Assembly (NCBI RefSeq): GCF_009914755.1
Contig: NC_060948.1
Direction: 5' to 3' (one strand)
Origin: the human T2T-CHM13v2.0 reference genome, Homo sapiens
Length of the DNA stretch: 64,000 nucleotides
Shown: one piece after another, positions 15,743 through 30,784 of the stretch
How the letters are laid out: every line of letters starts with the position of its first letter
How positions within the stretch are numbered: position 1 is the stretch's first letter
Position numbers and translations under genes: made by a program
Notes under the pieces: generated by a model
Told to the model about the DNA's origin: nothing
What the model saw: the letters and a program-made list of their open reading frames with translations, nothing else
Database searches by the model: none

Positions 15743-16042
15743 CCCGGTGCGGTGGCTCACGCCTGTAATCCCAGCACTTTGGGAGGTTCAGGTGGGCAGA
15801 TCACCTGAGGTCAGGAGTTTTAGACCAGCATGGCCAACATTTCAAAACCCCATCTATACTAAAAATACAAAAATTAGCCGGGTATGGTGGAAGGTGGACA
15901 TCTGTAATCCTAGCTACATGGGATTCTGAGGCAGGGGGAATTGCTTGAACGGGAGGCAGAGGTTGCTGTGAGCCGAGGTTGTGCCACTGCACTCCAGCCT
16001 GGGCAACAGTGCAAGACTCCATCTCAAAAAAACAAAAAAGAA
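15743..16042 (+). mobile_element. AluSx/Sz
   Basis: GATCACCTGAGGTCAGGAGTT; perfect 15-bp TSD TATAAGATGAAGTGA (15728-15742 and 16043-16057). Confidence 0.93.
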
Positions 16043-17449
16043 TATAAGATGAAGTGAGGTTTAACTATGATTTTGAAATTCACTCCATTTCTTCTTTGAG
16101 CAATTAACCAAGTTCTCTGCCTTCCTTCTTTATAACATAGCTCTTCAAAAACATCTTTATGTAGTAGCTCCAATATTTTCCAAATATATTTTGAATTCAA
16201 TCCATTTATGGATTCATGTTAACCACTTTAGTACATTTACTCTTTTCAAGGTCATGATTTCTGCATTGCTAAGTTCATTGGTCAATCATCATTCTTCAAT
16301 CTATATATTCTATTTATCTTCACATAGCTTATTTAAAATAAAATGGATGGCATGAGGTTTTCTTGCCTTCTGTTTAGCTCTAAAGCATGAACTTTTAGAA
16401 GGAAAATTCCATATGGTAAATAACTGATCACTAATGCTTTTCATATAAAGAACTGACAACCACAGATAAAAACTTATCTTGAAATGCAATCAACCACCAA
16501 TAAAATTTAGACATGAAAAAATACAGTTTTCATGTCTTGGTACCAATTTATCTCTGAGCTATGGGAGTCTGCACAATAGTATATATTTGTGCCAGATTCA
16601 ATATACTTGTATGCAGTTTGATCCTGGAGCTGGGATTTGGTTTCTACATGGTATGAGGATCTGTGTTGGATTGATAAAGACTTTTTATTTTTTCTGTGAT
16701 ATTTTCCTTTTCTTTAACAAATTGAGCAAAACAGTGTCACAGACAGGTTTTTCACAGTGCCCTTCTAAAAGTGAGTGCTTTTACCTGAGATTATGATTAA
16801 ATTCACTCTGTGTCCTTTCTCTCCTCCCATCCCCTCCCCATTCTGACAAGTGACAGTTGACAGTACCTTTCAAAATTCAGTCAGCTTGCTGAATTGCCTA
16901 ATGTGAAAAAACAGAGGATTAATTACCCCATGAGCACACATCCAATATACAGAAAATGGAAAGTATTGTCAGAAAAAAATGGATACCTTTGTGAAATAAA
17001 GTTAATATTGAAAAATAGCAAATAGACAATTTTATAAGGGCTATGAACGAAGATACCTCCTTGAAACGCAGCTTAATAAATGTTGCTTTAAGTTACTACA
17101 AACATTTTTCAAGGAAAGTTATGTATCAAAACTGTAATCATTAAAATAAACCCAAATGCTCATCTTTATTGATTATATGCTCATCAGGAACAAAAAGAGT
17201 ATCAAAATCAGAAGCACAATAAAACAATCTAACTTCTATATGCTTTGAAATTCTTGTGAAAAGTACACATTTAAAAAATAAGTCTCAATTATTGCTATCA
17301 TCATTATGACATGACCACTTTGAAAACAGTGAGCATTTGCTTGGGTACTGCAATGTGATAGAAACAAATTCAAAATATTGTTTTATTAGGTGATTGATAT
17401 TATATCTTGCTGTTTTTTGTTTCACTTTCTTTTCACATAATATAGCCAA

Positions 17450-17650
17450 GTTTGTTTTTGTTGTTGTTGTTGGTGGTGGTTTTTTTGTTTGTTTGTTTGT
17501 TTGTTTGTTTTTGAGACAGGGTCTCAACTCACTCTGTTGCCCAGGTAGAAGTGCAGTGGTGCAATCATGGCTCACTGCAGCCTTAACCTCCTAGACACAA
17601 ATGATCCTCCCACCTCAGCCTCCTGAGTAGCTGAGTAGGTGGAACTACAG
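17450..17650 (-). mobile_element. 5'-truncated AluJ right arm with a (TTG)n/(TTTG)n tail
   Basis: GAGACAGGGTCTC...ATCATGGCTCACTGCAGCCTT...CCTCAGCCTCCTGAGTAGCT. Confidence 0.85.
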
Positions 17651-18444
17651 TCAACTTTCAACTAGCCCATGGTGATAGGGAGAGCAAGTTATCTAAAATT
17701 GTGTTAAAATAATTTTTTAAAAAGTCTTTAATACATGATTTTTCTGACTCATGGCTTTGAAAACAAATGAACATTTTTGGACAAAAATTCTGATTGTCTG
17801 AAATATGTTACTCCAAATTATTTTTTAAAAATAGACTTTTAGAGTTGTTTTTGATTAATTTTAAAATTGAAAAGAAGGTATAGAAGTTTCCCATATAACC
17901 CTTCTCCCAACATACTGACCTACTATTACTCGACTAATAACATCCCACACCAGAGTGGTACATTCATTAAAATCTACGAACCTATACTGACACATATTTA
18001 TCACGCAATGTCCATATTTTACATGAGGTTCCATTTGTGGTGTTGTACATTCTATGGATTTTGACAAATATATAAGACATGTATTCATCATTATAATATC
18101 ATAGAGAGTAGTTTCATTGCCCTAAAGAATACATTTGTACTTTGCTTATTCATCTGTCTTTCTCTCCTACCCCCTGGCAACCACAAATCCTTTTATTATA
18201 TTCATAGTTTTGTCTGTTCCAGAATACCATGTAGTTGGAATTTAGAGTACACAGCCTTTTCAAGTTTGATTTTTCATTTAGTAATAAGCATTTAACGTTT
18301 CTCTATTTTTTTCTTGGTGTGATAGCTTTTTTTCTTTTCTTAGCCCTGAATAATAGTTCATTTTCTGGATATACCAATTTGTTCATCCATTTATCCAAAC
18401 ATTTACTGAAGGACTTCTGGGTTACTTCTGAGTTTTTGCAATTT

Positions 18445-20503
18445 GTTTTGTATTGTTTTGTTTTTCCCAACTTTATTAGAGTATAAGTGAAAAATTAAAA
18501 TCGTATAAATTTGTGGTATACAATGTGATGTTCTGATTTATGTACACATTGGAAAATTAATAAATCAAACTAATTAACATATTCATCACAACATATACCT
18601 ATGTTTTTGTGGTGAGAAAATTTAAAATCTACTCTTAGTTTGGAGTTATGGCATAGAAATGCTGCTGATTTTTATATGCTGATTTTCTATCTTGTAACTT
18701 TACTAAATAGTTTATTAGTTCTAACAATTTGGTGATGTCATTAGGGTTTTCTATATACAAGATCATGTCATCTACTCACAGAACATTTTACTTCTTCCTT
18801 TCCAATTTGGATGCCTTTTATTTCTTTTCTTGCCTAATTGCTCTGGCTAGAACTTGTAGTACTTTTTAAAATAGAAATGGTATGACTGAGCGTCCTTGTC
18901 TTGTTCCTGGCCTTAGAGGAAAAGCTTACAGCTTTTCTTTGTTGAGAATAATGATAACGTGGGTTTGTCAGATATGACCTTTATTCTGTTGAGGTACATT
19001 TCTATACCTAATTTGTTGAGAGTTTTTATCATGTAAGGATGTTGAATTTTTATCAATGCAACTTTTACATTTATTGAGATGATCAAATGATTTTATCCTT
19101 TATTGTGTTAATGTGGTGTATCACAATTATTGATATGCATATGTTAAGCCAAGCTTGCATACCAGGGATAAACCCACTTAATGATGGTGTATTATCCTTT
19201 TAATGTTAGATTTGGCTATCTAGTATTTTGTTGAGGACTTTTGCATCTATGTCTATCAGGGATATTGGTCTGTCATTATCTTTTCCTTGTAGAGTCTTTA
19301 CCTGGTTTTGGTATCAGGGTAATGCTGGCCTTGTAAAGTGAATTTGCAAATGTTCCATTCTCTTCAATTTTTTGTAAGAATTTGAAAACTATTGACATTA
19401 ATCTTCCCTTAAATGTTTGGTAGAATTTACCAGTGAAGCCACATGGTCCTGGGCTTTTCTTTGTTGGGAAGTTTTTGATTCCCAATTCAACACTCTTATT
19501 CATTACTTGTCTGTTCAGATTTCCTTATGATATAATCTTGATTGATTGTAAGTTTCTAGAAATTTATCCATTTCTTCTAAGTTATTCAATTTATTTCTGT
19601 GTAATTGTTCATAGTAGTCTGCTGTGATTCTTTGTATTTTTGTGGTATCAGACATAATGTCTCCTCATTTATTTATAGTTTTATTTATTTGAGTCTTCTC
19701 CATTTTTTTCTTAGTCTAGGTAAAGTATGCCAATTTTTATTTTCCAAAAAATTAACCCTTAGTTTTTTCTATATGGGACCAGCCTGGTACTTTAGCCTGC
19801 AGGTTTGAAACTGGTGCCTGGGGTGAATGTGGAGCTTGAGTCTGCTGGGTTGTACCTGGACACTGGGTCCACAGGAGCTGGCCTGACACTGGATTGGGTC
19901 AGGAGGCTTGGTCTACAGGTGGCAAGCTGGACACAGGCTACGAGGGAAAGTCTAACACTAGGGTGTGCCTGATGTCTGAGGCTACAGGTGCCAGCCTGAT
20001 GGGGTGGACCTGAGTCCCAGTGAGGGTCAGTCTGGGACCTGCGACCAACATGTTGCAAAGTGGCCCTGAAGACTTGGGCTCCATCTGCTGAGCTGGTGGT
20101 GGAACCAGCCTGGAGTCTGAACCTGAAAAGGTTAGCTTAGAGCCTAGGGCTGTGAGAGTCAGCTTGGTACCAGGTTTCACAGGGGTGGGCTTTGTGTTAG
20201 AGTCCACAAAAAAGTCAAGTTCTCACTTTACTCTCCTTCCCCCATGTGAAGGATATCTCCTTCTACACTTTGCTGCCTGGGCTTGGAGAAGAAGTGATGT
20301 GGGTAATATGAAACTGCCCTTCCAACTACCTTCAGTGTATCTTTTCTTATTTCTGTGGTACATCTGAGTACTATAATCTCTCACTTGGATATATTAGATC
20401 TTGTGAAGGTATTTTGTGCACGGTTAGTTGATTAAATTGATGTTTCTGTGACAAGATGAGCACTGGAAAATCCTATTTCACCATCTGGCTGATGTTACTT
20501 CAG
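18445..20503 (-). mobile_element. L1MA(8/9)-like element with both termini but large internal deletions
   Basis: L1MA 3' end 18445-18638; ORF2 RT region (KKSPGPCGFTGKFYQTFK); GC-richer repetitive 5'UTR 19775-20500; approximate TSD AGTTTTTGCAATT / AGTTTTGACAATT. Confidence 0.75.
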
Positions 20504-20574
20504 GAGATAATTTCAGTTTTGACAATTATGAATAAAGCTGCTATAAAGACTCATGTGGAGATTTTGTATTTTTA

Positions 20575-20578
<4 letters not shown>

Positions 20579-20612
<34 letters not shown>
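20579..20612. repeat. (TG)17 microsatellite
   Basis: Uninterrupted TG run. Confidence 0.97.
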
Positions 20613-20615
<3 letters not shown>

Positions 20616-21978
20616 AAGTTTTCAACTCATTTGGCTTAATACCAAAGATACTGGATCAGATGGTAAGAGTATGCGCTTAGTTTTGTAAGATACTGCCAAA
20701 CTGACTTCCAAAGTGGCTGACCATTTTGCATTCCCACTAGCAATGAATGAAAACTCCTATTGCTTGACATTCTCACCAGCATCTAGTGGTATCAGTATTG
20801 CAGATTTTGGCCTTTCTAATAGGTGTGTAGTGGTATGTCATTGCTCATTAGATTTGCATTTCCCTAATTACATATGGCAGAGCATTTTTTCATGTGCTTA
20901 TTTGCCATCTGTATATCTTTTTTGTTGTTGTTTAGGTGTCTATTCATGGATTTGGCATCTTTCTACATTTGGTTGTTCATTTTCTTGTTGTTGAGTCTGA
21001 AGATTTTCTTTGTATATTTGAATAACAGTAATTTATTGGAAATATATCGTACAAATACTTTCTTCCATTCTTTGGCTTGTCTTTTCATCCTTTTCCTTGT
21101 GTTTTGCACAGAGTGGAGGTTTAAATTTTAATTTGGTTAAGCTTACCATTTTTTTCTTCATGGATTGTGTCTCTGTCATTGTGCCCAAAAAGTCATTGCC
21201 ATACCCATGTTTTCTTCTGTATTATCCTTTAAATGTTATATAGTTTTTCATTTTACTTTTAGGTTTATGGTCCATTTCGAGCTAATTTTTGTGAACAGGG
21301 AGGTCTATATCTAAATTTACTTTTTTTTGAATAGTGATGTCCAGTTGCTTTCCTAGCATTTACTGAGGAGACTATCTTTGCTCTAGAGTATTGCCTTTGC
21401 TCTTTCACCAAATATTGATTGACTATAATTATGTGGGTCTATTTCTGGTTCTCTATTGCATTCCATTGATCAATTTTTCTATTATTTTGCCAATACCCCA
21501 CTGTCTTAATTGCAGAAACTTCATAGTAAATGTTGAAGTTTGATAGCGTTCGTCCTCAGACTTTGTTCGTTTCAATATTGTGTTGACATTTCTGGGACTT
21601 TTAACTTTCCCTATACACTTTAGAATGAATTTTTGAAGATCCACAAAATAACATTCTGCAATTTTGATAAGGATTGCTTTCATTCTGTAGATCAAGTTGA
21701 AAAGAGCTGACATCTTGACAATACTGAGTTTTTCCATCCATGAACATGTAATATCTCTCCATTAATTTTGTTCGTTCTTTTATTTCTTTCATCAGACTTT
21801 TTATGCACTTTTTTTTTTTTTTACAGACCATGTATATGTTTTGTTAGATTTATACCTGACCATTTCATTTGGGAGGATGCTACTATAAATGTTATTGTGT
21901 TTTAAAGTTCAGATTCCATTTGTTCATTGCTTTAACATAGAAAAGTAGTTGACTTTTGTGTGCTATATTGTCTCCCAC

Positions 21979-22715
21979 TGTTAGAGTAGGAAGACAGCCA
22001 GACATAAGCAGAAGTGGGGAGCCCTTGAGAAAAGGGAGGTCTGGAAAATCTTACACCCTAGGGACCACCCAAAACCTCCATGCTGGATATAAGCAAAGAG
22101 GAGAGGAAAGACCTATGCAGGAAGAAATGAGTTCTTCCCTATGTGTTCCTTCCTGCATAGGTATTTCCCCTCCTTTCTACTCATATTTAGCATGCAGGTT
22201 TTTGGTGGTTACTCTGCAGTTATAACTCTGCAGGTAACCTGCCAGAATGCAGCTAGCTACATGCCTAAGTAGGGGCAAAGGGCAAAGAAGAAATTCCTAA
22301 GAGATAACACAGGCACAATTTATATCCAACACTGGGTCTGTACATAGGCACCAACTAATAGTAAGGAAGGGTCTCACTAGGCCTAGGTGGGAACTAGGCG
22401 GGTAAAAGGAGGGGACTTAGGGCAGAAGTAAGAAAACTAAACAAATAAAAAAAGTAGAGACTTAAGACAGCTGCAGAAACTTCGGGAAAAGTCCAACATC
22501 ATAAAAACCCAGTGCAGAACTGTCAGGCTGCTACTGGCTCACTCCCTTCAGCAGCCCTCTTTGCTTCATCTTTTCAGAGTGTACTGTCTCTTTAAATAAG
22601 TTCTGTGTTCTCTATTTTCTTTCAATAAATCATCTTTTTGGCTAAATCAGTCACTTGGCCGGATACTTCTCCAAGTAAGCCTAAAAACCAGGGATTCTTG
22701 CAGATTTTGGTAACA
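21979..22715 (+). mobile_element. MER50-type solo LTR (ERV1)
   Basis: TGTTAGAGTAGGAAGACAGCCAGAC...GGTAACA, 737 bp, AATAAA, perfect 4-bp TSD CCAC. Confidence 0.85.
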
Positions 22716-24140
22716 CCACAACATTTCAAGAATTAAGTATTAGTTTCAGGAGGTTTTTGTTAATTCATAGCATCTGTAAAAAAACACACTTCTTTCTTTT
22801 CCTTCAGTATTATGTGTATTTCTTAATTTTAGTATGCCTTTTATATACTTTTCATGTCTCATTTAATTATCTATGACTTTCGGTATCATGATGAAAAGAA
22901 GTGGTGACAGGAGACATTTTAGACTCATTTTTTGATCTTAAAGGGAAGACTCCTTCTTTATCACATATACAACGTTAGTTGTAGGGATTCATTTAGGTGT
23001 TATCATGTAGAAGAGGTTCCCGTCTATTCTTAGTTTGCTGAGAGTTTTTATCATAAATGCATTTAGAATTGTCAAATGCTTTATCTGTATATATTATTAT
23101 AATCATGGTTTTTTTAGTGTGTTGATGTAATGGATTACATTAATTAATTGTTGAATGTTGAACCAGCTTTCCATACGTAAAATAAACCTTGTTTCATCAT
23201 AGTGTATATTTTTTATATATTCTTAGATTCAATATTTTAATATTTTCTTGAGAATTTTTGCACATAAGATTATAAAAGGTATTGGTCTGTAGCTTTCTTG
23301 TAATGCCTTTTACTTGTTTTGGTAGGAGGATAATGTTCACTTCACAGAGTAATTAGAATTTGGACTCTACACTTCTATTTTCTGGAAGAGATTGCAGAAA
23401 ATTGTTTATAGTGCTGTTCTTAAATGTTTGGTAGAATTCATCAGTGAACATCTTTGGGACTGGTGCTTTTTGTTTTGGAGGATTAATAGCTATTGATTTA
23501 ATTTCTTTAATATACATGGGCCTATTCAAATTGTCTATTTCCCCCTCAGGTGAGTTTTGGAAGATTGTGTCTTTCAATGAATTTGTCAATTTTATCTAGG
23601 TTATCAAATTTGTGGATATAGAGTTGCTCACACTATTTTTATTATTTTAATATTCCATGGTATCTGTAGTGATGTCCTCTATTTTATTTTTGATGTTAAT
23701 AACGTGTGTCTTCTTTTTTGTTAGTTATCCTGTCTAGAGGCTTATCCAATTTTTTTTTAAAAATCAAGTTATTGGTTTTATTAGAAAATTAGTTATTAGT
23801 TTTGTTTATTTTCTCTTTTGATTTCCCATTTTAAATTTTATCGATATCTCTTCTAATTTTTAATGTTTCATTTATTCTGCTTACTTTGGATTTAATTTGC
23901 TCTTATTGTTCTAGTTTCCTAAGGTGGAAGCTTAGATGATTGGTTTTAGATATTTTAAGTTTTCAAACATATGGATTCAGTGTTATACATTTCTCTCTAC
24001 TCCCTGCTTTTCTGTAACCTGCAAATATTGATAGCGTGCATTTTTATTTTTATTTAGTTGAAAATATTTTTAAATCCCTCTTGAGAGTTCTTCTTTCACC
24101 CATGTGTTATTTAGAAGAGTGTTATTTAGTATCTAGCTAG

Positions 24141-24588
<448 letters not shown>

Positions 24589-24676
24589 AAGATTTCTATT
24601 GTTCTTAATTTTTAAGAGGTGTTTTATGGCCTAAAACGTGGTGAATGTACCATGAGAACTTGAGAAGAATATGTAA

Positions 24677-24981
24677 GACCACGCATGGCTGTAATCCCAG
24701 CACTTGGGAGGCCAAGGTGAGAGGATTCTTTGAGCTCAGGAGTTCAAGGCCAGCCTGGGCAATATAATGAATCCTTGTCTCCATAAAAAATACAAAAATT
24801 AGCCAGGAATGGTGGCATGCACCTGTAATCCCAGCTACTCAGGAGGCTGAGGTGGGAGGATTGCTTGACTCCAGGAGACTGCAGTGATCTGTGATAATAC
24901 CATTATACTCCAGCCTGGGTAAGAGTGAGACTCTATCATCTCAAAAAAAAAAAAAAAAAATAAAAAATAAATAAATAAAAA
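24677..24981 (+). mobile_element. AluJ
   Basis: GGATTGCTTGA, short J-type right arm; 14-bp TSD GAGAAGAATATGTA. Confidence 0.9.
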
Positions 24982-27251
24982 GAGAAGAATATGTATTCTT
25001 TTGTTGTTGGATATAGTCAACAGATGTCAATTACACCTAGTTGACTGATGGTACTACTGAGTTCAATTATGTCCTTACTGTTTTTCTACACACTTGATCT
25101 GCCTTTTTGTAATATAAGGATATTCAAGTATCCAGCTATGATTGTGGTTTCTTCTATATCTCCTTGGAGTTCTATCAGGTTTTGCCTCATGTATTATGAC
25201 ACTATGGGGTTAGGTATCTGATCATCATTGTTTCGAATATTTCTTCTGTTCATTTTTCTTTTCCTTTTCCTTCTGCAATTCACAGTACATCAATGTTACA
25301 TCTTTTGTATAATTTTCCACAGTTTATTCTGTTTGTATTTTTCTTTTTGATCTTTGCTTTACAGTTTTTGGCATTTCTCTTGGCATATCCTAAAGCTCAA
25401 AGATTGGCATATACTCACCCAAGTTGTCTATTAATGAGCCCATAGAAGGCATTATCTCTTTCTGCTCCAGTGCTTTTGATCTCTCACTTTTTAAAATTTT
25501 TCTTGGAATTTTCATCTTTCTGTTTATGTTTTCCACTGTTCTTACATGCTAATTTATCCATTAAATCCTTTATCATGTTAATCAAAGTGTTTAATTTCCC
25601 ATTCTGATCATTTCAGTATCTGATTCTGGTTCTGGTGTTGGCTTTGTCTCTTCAAACTGTGTTTTCTACCCTCTAGTATGTCTTGGATTTTTTTTTTTCT
25701 TATGAGCCACACATAATTTACCATGTAGAGAAAACTGCAGCAAGTAGGCCGTTGGTAATGTGATGGTAACGTATGAGGCAAAAGGAAGCACTGTGTAGCC
25801 CTGTGATTCTGTTTCATTCTTTTAATGAGCCCATGCCTCTTGACTATAAACTTCACAAGTGTTTATTAGTTCCCCAACCTTTCCTGGGACAGGATAGCTG
25901 GGGCAGACTGAAGTTGGATATTTTCCTTTCCCTAAATTGGCTTGCTTCTGAAAAAAAAAATTAAAAATAAATGAATAAATAAATAACTTGGGCTTTGCTA
26001 AAATTGTTTCTTTTGAGAGCAGGCCGGGTTAAGGAGAACAGACTATTCTGGCATATTTTCAAATGATTACTTTATCCCAATACCTGCTAGAAGCATAAGG
26101 CGATTATTCTCTATTATTCCCTGTGACAACCTGGTTGAAATCCTGAGGAAAAAACTCTCTAAAGTCTGAACCCTGCCCCCCATGACTAGGTCCCTGTGAA
26201 AATTTTAACTCTCAGGCTTGTCCACACTAACCCTTCACCAATTCTTCAATTATAGTTTAGCTTTTCCTACCCTGGCATTGGTTCTTGCAGAGGTTTCTGC
26301 TGTTTGGTTTTTGCTCTGATAAATTGTAATTTTCTATATATAAATCATTTGTCTATCCCTCCAGTTTTTTAGGCAGCATGTTGCCCTGTGACCTCACTTC
26401 TTTGACAGACACAAAAAGAGTTGCTGCTATTTCAGTTTGTTTATCTTTTTACTTGTTAGGTCAGAGTGACAACTTCTAAGCTCCTTCTAATCAAAGTCTA
26501 AGAATATAGCATTTTGTAAGTTTCAAGTGTTTTATGTTCAGGCTTCTGTGATTTAGAAAAGCTATGAAGTAAAGTTTAATATCTTAATATATAGAAGACT
26601 AATGAGCAGAGTTTTAGCTGAAAATATGAAGAAGCATATATTAGGGTATTCCAAGGTACTCTGAAAATATTAAGATAAGCTTCAGATAAGACAACTCTAG
26701 TCCAAAATAAATAGCAATTTGTAATAGAAAGGATGAGAACTCATTTAAATAAGCAAGTAAGCAAACAGACACAGAATGTGAGCAAATGGCTAATTATACT
26801 TCCATGCCAAGCATGATTTAGGGAGCTAAATTTCCCTTAGGCAAATTGTTATCTGCTGATTCTCTCATTGCTAGACTCATCTGGCATCCAGAGACTACAA
26901 ATGTTTTTCAAAGTTACTTGATACCAGAAAAAAAAAAGTTTTGGAAAGTGTGAAATTATTTTTAATTAGAGTCATCTAAAACTATTCACTTGAAATGTAA
27001 ATAGTGTCTAACGCCAGATCAACACAGTAGAAACCTTTGGCTGATCTAAGAGTTAAAGCCTTGAAATTATCTTAATCTGCATTTCACCTTTATTTCACAC
27101 TAAATATTTATTGTTTAAAAAATACCAGAAAATAATATAAAACATATTCTTACAGATTTGTATTTATGTATTCTATATTTATCCAAATTCTCTTTTTATG
27201 TGATCCTAAAAGAATTACATACTGTTAACACATCTGCAAAACAGTCTGCTA

Positions 27252-27549
27252 TTTTTTTTTTTTTTTGGGCTGGAGTCTCGCTCTGTCACTGAAGCTGGAG
27301 TGCAATGGAACGTCTTGGCTAACTGCAGCCTCCTCCTCCCAGGTTCAAGCAATTCTCCCTGCCTCAAGTCTCTTGAGTAGCTGGGATTACAGGTGCCTGC
27401 CACCACGCCTGTCTAATTTTTGTATGTTTAGTAGAGACGGGGTTTCGCCATGTTGGCCAGGCTGGTCGTGAACTCCTCACCTCAGGTGATCCGCCCGCCT
27501 CGGCCTCCCAAAGTGTTGGGATTAGAGGCGTGAGCCACCGCGCCAGGCC
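27252..27549 (-). mobile_element. AluSx-type
   Basis: CTCAGGTGATCCGCCCGCCTCGGCC; TSD AACAGTCTGCT. Confidence 0.93.
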
Positions 27550-28299
27550 AACAGTCTGCTTTTTAACTATGTTTACAAAACCTAAGGCTTTTTCTTTCTT
27601 CTTTAGACATTAAAATACAGCAGTTATTCAGTTGTGTAATTTGTTTGATTTGGAATTCCAATAAAGACAAATTCACAAGAAGAAGTTAAAGAATGAATGG
27701 AGACAAAATTATGAAATAAACTGAAATAATAAAACATTTGCTGTTACCATATTTAGAGTGCTCTTAAAACAGGTTGAAAAGAACATGTAGTGGCTGTTCA
27801 GCCAGCTGATGCACTTTTTGCTGTATGAACATTTATACCACCAAAAAAGAAATCTTATGCTTACATAATGTTTTATAGTATATATTGACTTTCCACAAGT
27901 ATTTTCTCTTCTCAATCCCTGCCCTCCTCCAATTAGGTAGGATAATAAAAATTACTTACACAGAGAACTAGAGAACTAAAAAATAATAAATCTCCTCATA
28001 TTGATAAATTTCCAAAGAGAAAGTGTAGAATGTCTACTAAAACTAGATTTTTTCAATATTATTGTGGTTTTTCATCTATTATACTGCTATTATATTTGTC
28101 CAGAGAACTTCCCTGTTTTTCTAGGTAGGGATAGCATCTTCTCTGATGTGTTACCATACAAACTTTATTGTAATTTTTTATTTTTTTTTTACCATTCTGC
28201 CTATTCATGTGTCTGTTTCCCCTACTAGACTAAACCTTTTCCTCTTTAGTCTCTGTGTGAAGTGCCATCACTGATACGCTATTAGAAGTACTGAATATT

Positions 28300-28385
28300 T
28301 ATGTATTTATTCATGCATTTATTCAACAAATGTTCGTTACATGCCCCATGTGTCAAACATTCTACTAGACACTGGGAAAAAGGGT
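28300..28385 (-). mobile_element. L2 3' end
   Basis: ATTCATGCATTTATTCAACAAATGTT...TACTAGACACTGGG. Confidence 0.6.
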
Positions 28386-28399
28386 TAAGACTACAGCAA

Positions 28400-28630
28400 C
28401 AAATAATGCTTAACGTTTATATAGTTCTTACATTGTGTTGGGCAAAGCATTTAATATATTTAATATATTTATTAAATTTTCACAACTCTTTGAGGATGAT
28501 CTTTGTTTCTCACATAAGGAATTGAGACACTGAGAGTTTAAATAACTTGTCCAAGTTTCCATATCTAACAAGTGGTATAACTAGGATACAAACTAGGTAG
28601 GCTGGCACCAGATCCCAGGCTCTTTCCATT
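28400..28630 (-). mobile_element. MIR SINE
   Basis: CACAACTCTTTGAGG...ATAAGGAATTGAGACACTGAGAGTTTAAATAACTTGTCCAAG. Confidence 0.8.
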
Positions 28631-29719
28631 AGGTTCTATCAGGATGTACTTTGATTTTATAGATGTTGCAGTCTACTGGGTAGACAAATATTAAAGTAAA
28701 TAAATGGGTATATTTCTGATGTTTAGGATGTAATAACTAACCTTAAGTGAATGTGCATGATATGAGAAGAGATACATACTCTAGAGTGGAGAATTAAGAA
28801 AAATCTTAATGGATAGACAGAAAAAAATCAAAGTATCATATTTAAAATAGTGTTGATAGAGGTATTTTTATATTCCTTTTAGAAATAAAACCTAAACTGT
28901 TATTTAGCAATATGTTTCAATTTTTTTCAAATACAAAAGTGTTTAGAAACTTTTTTTTAAGATTAAATAATCTGATAAATTTGCTTCAACTTGATTCAGT
29001 TTACAACTGAAGAAATAAATAGTAGTTGATCTTGATTGACTTATTTTCCTCATTAGACCATTTCATCTTCAACATAATAATAATGAAAAAGGCAGAAAAA
29101 AAATGCAGGTAAATGCTCCAATTACCCAGATACAGTGTTTCCTTATCTGTGTAGCAACTTTAAGTAAAATGTTACCCTATTATAATAAAAATGATCAGCA
29201 GTGAATTAATTAAGCTGTATTTAAGTGAAATGTTATGTTAAAATTACAACTTGTCTGGGATTCTGCATGACAGTTGTTCTTGCTGAAATAATTTTTATTA
29301 TTTTTATGCTACCAAATCAAGAGTAGGATACAAAAGTGAATATAATAATTAAAGATCAAGAATACATCTTTTGCAAGACTTTTAAATGGGGAACATTGGG
29401 ATGTCACATACTTAGAAACCTGCTTAAAATCTATACTGTATAAATACAAATTCAAATTTGGTTATTTAAATCAACATGTTTAAAATTCAAATTCAGGTTA
29501 TTGTGATGCTTTTTTGAACATTCTTTTCCTAACGACTTAATTGTATTTTTTATGATTGTATGTAATACACACATGTGAAATATCATGAAGACAATTTTCA
29601 AAAATAAATATTTGTTGATGTGACAAATTGCCTACAAATATATTTTTCTAAATTATTCATAGGGAAACCAAGCACTTTAAATCTTATCTCATCAAGTTTA
29701 ATTTTATTTACTTGTAAAT

Positions 29720-29764
29720 CTCCCAAAGTGCTGGGATTACAGGTGTGAGCCACCGTGCCTGCCC
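29720..29764 (-). mobile_element. Isolated Alu 5' end (consensus positions about 1-45)
   Basis: CTCCCAAAGTGCTGGGATTACAGGTGTGAGCCACCGTGCCTGCC; rest of the Alu is absent. Confidence 0.88.
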
Positions 29765-29897
29765 CACATATTCTTTTTGTTTTCGTGCATAGATATTTAG
29801 ACCATCTAAAAACAATGACAGTTTTTGTCTTACTTTTGAAAATGTGAGGCTGTCCTGGTGAGGGATGGAAAAATAACAACAACAACAAAAAATTAGG

Positions 29898-30198
<301 letters not shown>

Positions 30199-30784
30199 TC
30201 ACTAAACTGCTTAGGATATCCAGGTTAATGTTGAATGTGTATTGGGGTAGTAAATATTTCTGTCTTATTCCTTAAATATACTACATAAAAATTATGTTAA
30301 ATGTTTTGGTGGCATATTAATAAAAGTGATATATTAATAAAAGATTGCCTATTTTCTAATTATTTATATTTTTTAATTAATGTGTTTACACAAACATTTT
30401 AGGAAGTCTTACAAACAAACATTATATATGTAAAATAACTTGTTAGTGTTATGATTTACATTAAAACTTTTTCTAGAATGAAAACATTCATAAATTCTCT
30501 GAATTAAGTTAACAAATATCTTATTTAGAAATTTTTAGTTTATGTCCGTAAGTAGATTTCATCTTATGTTTTCAAGATCTAAGTTTCTTGTTTCTGGTTT
30601 TGGTATCAAGGTTATACTGGCATCAAAGCTGATTTGTGTGGTATCTTTTTATTTTCTGATATAATTTAAATAATATTAGGTTTTTTCCTCTTATATAGTT
30701 TGGTAAAGCTTTCTTCTTAAAATGTTCAAGCTATATAGTTTGTTTTATAGAGAGAGAAAGGGAGAGGAAGTTGATTTTGACTTG

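Noticed and set aside
16868-16898. Possible minus-strand 31-nt exon (TTTTTTCACATTAG|...AAG|GTACTG)
   Set aside because: It has stops in all frames, a weak donor and no supporting neighbouring exons.
19775-20210. GC-richer repeated motifs suggesting a spacer/repeat array or Pro-rich ORF
   Set aside because: The units are degenerate and irregular and fit the repetitive 5'UTR of an L1M element. It is not CRISPR-like.
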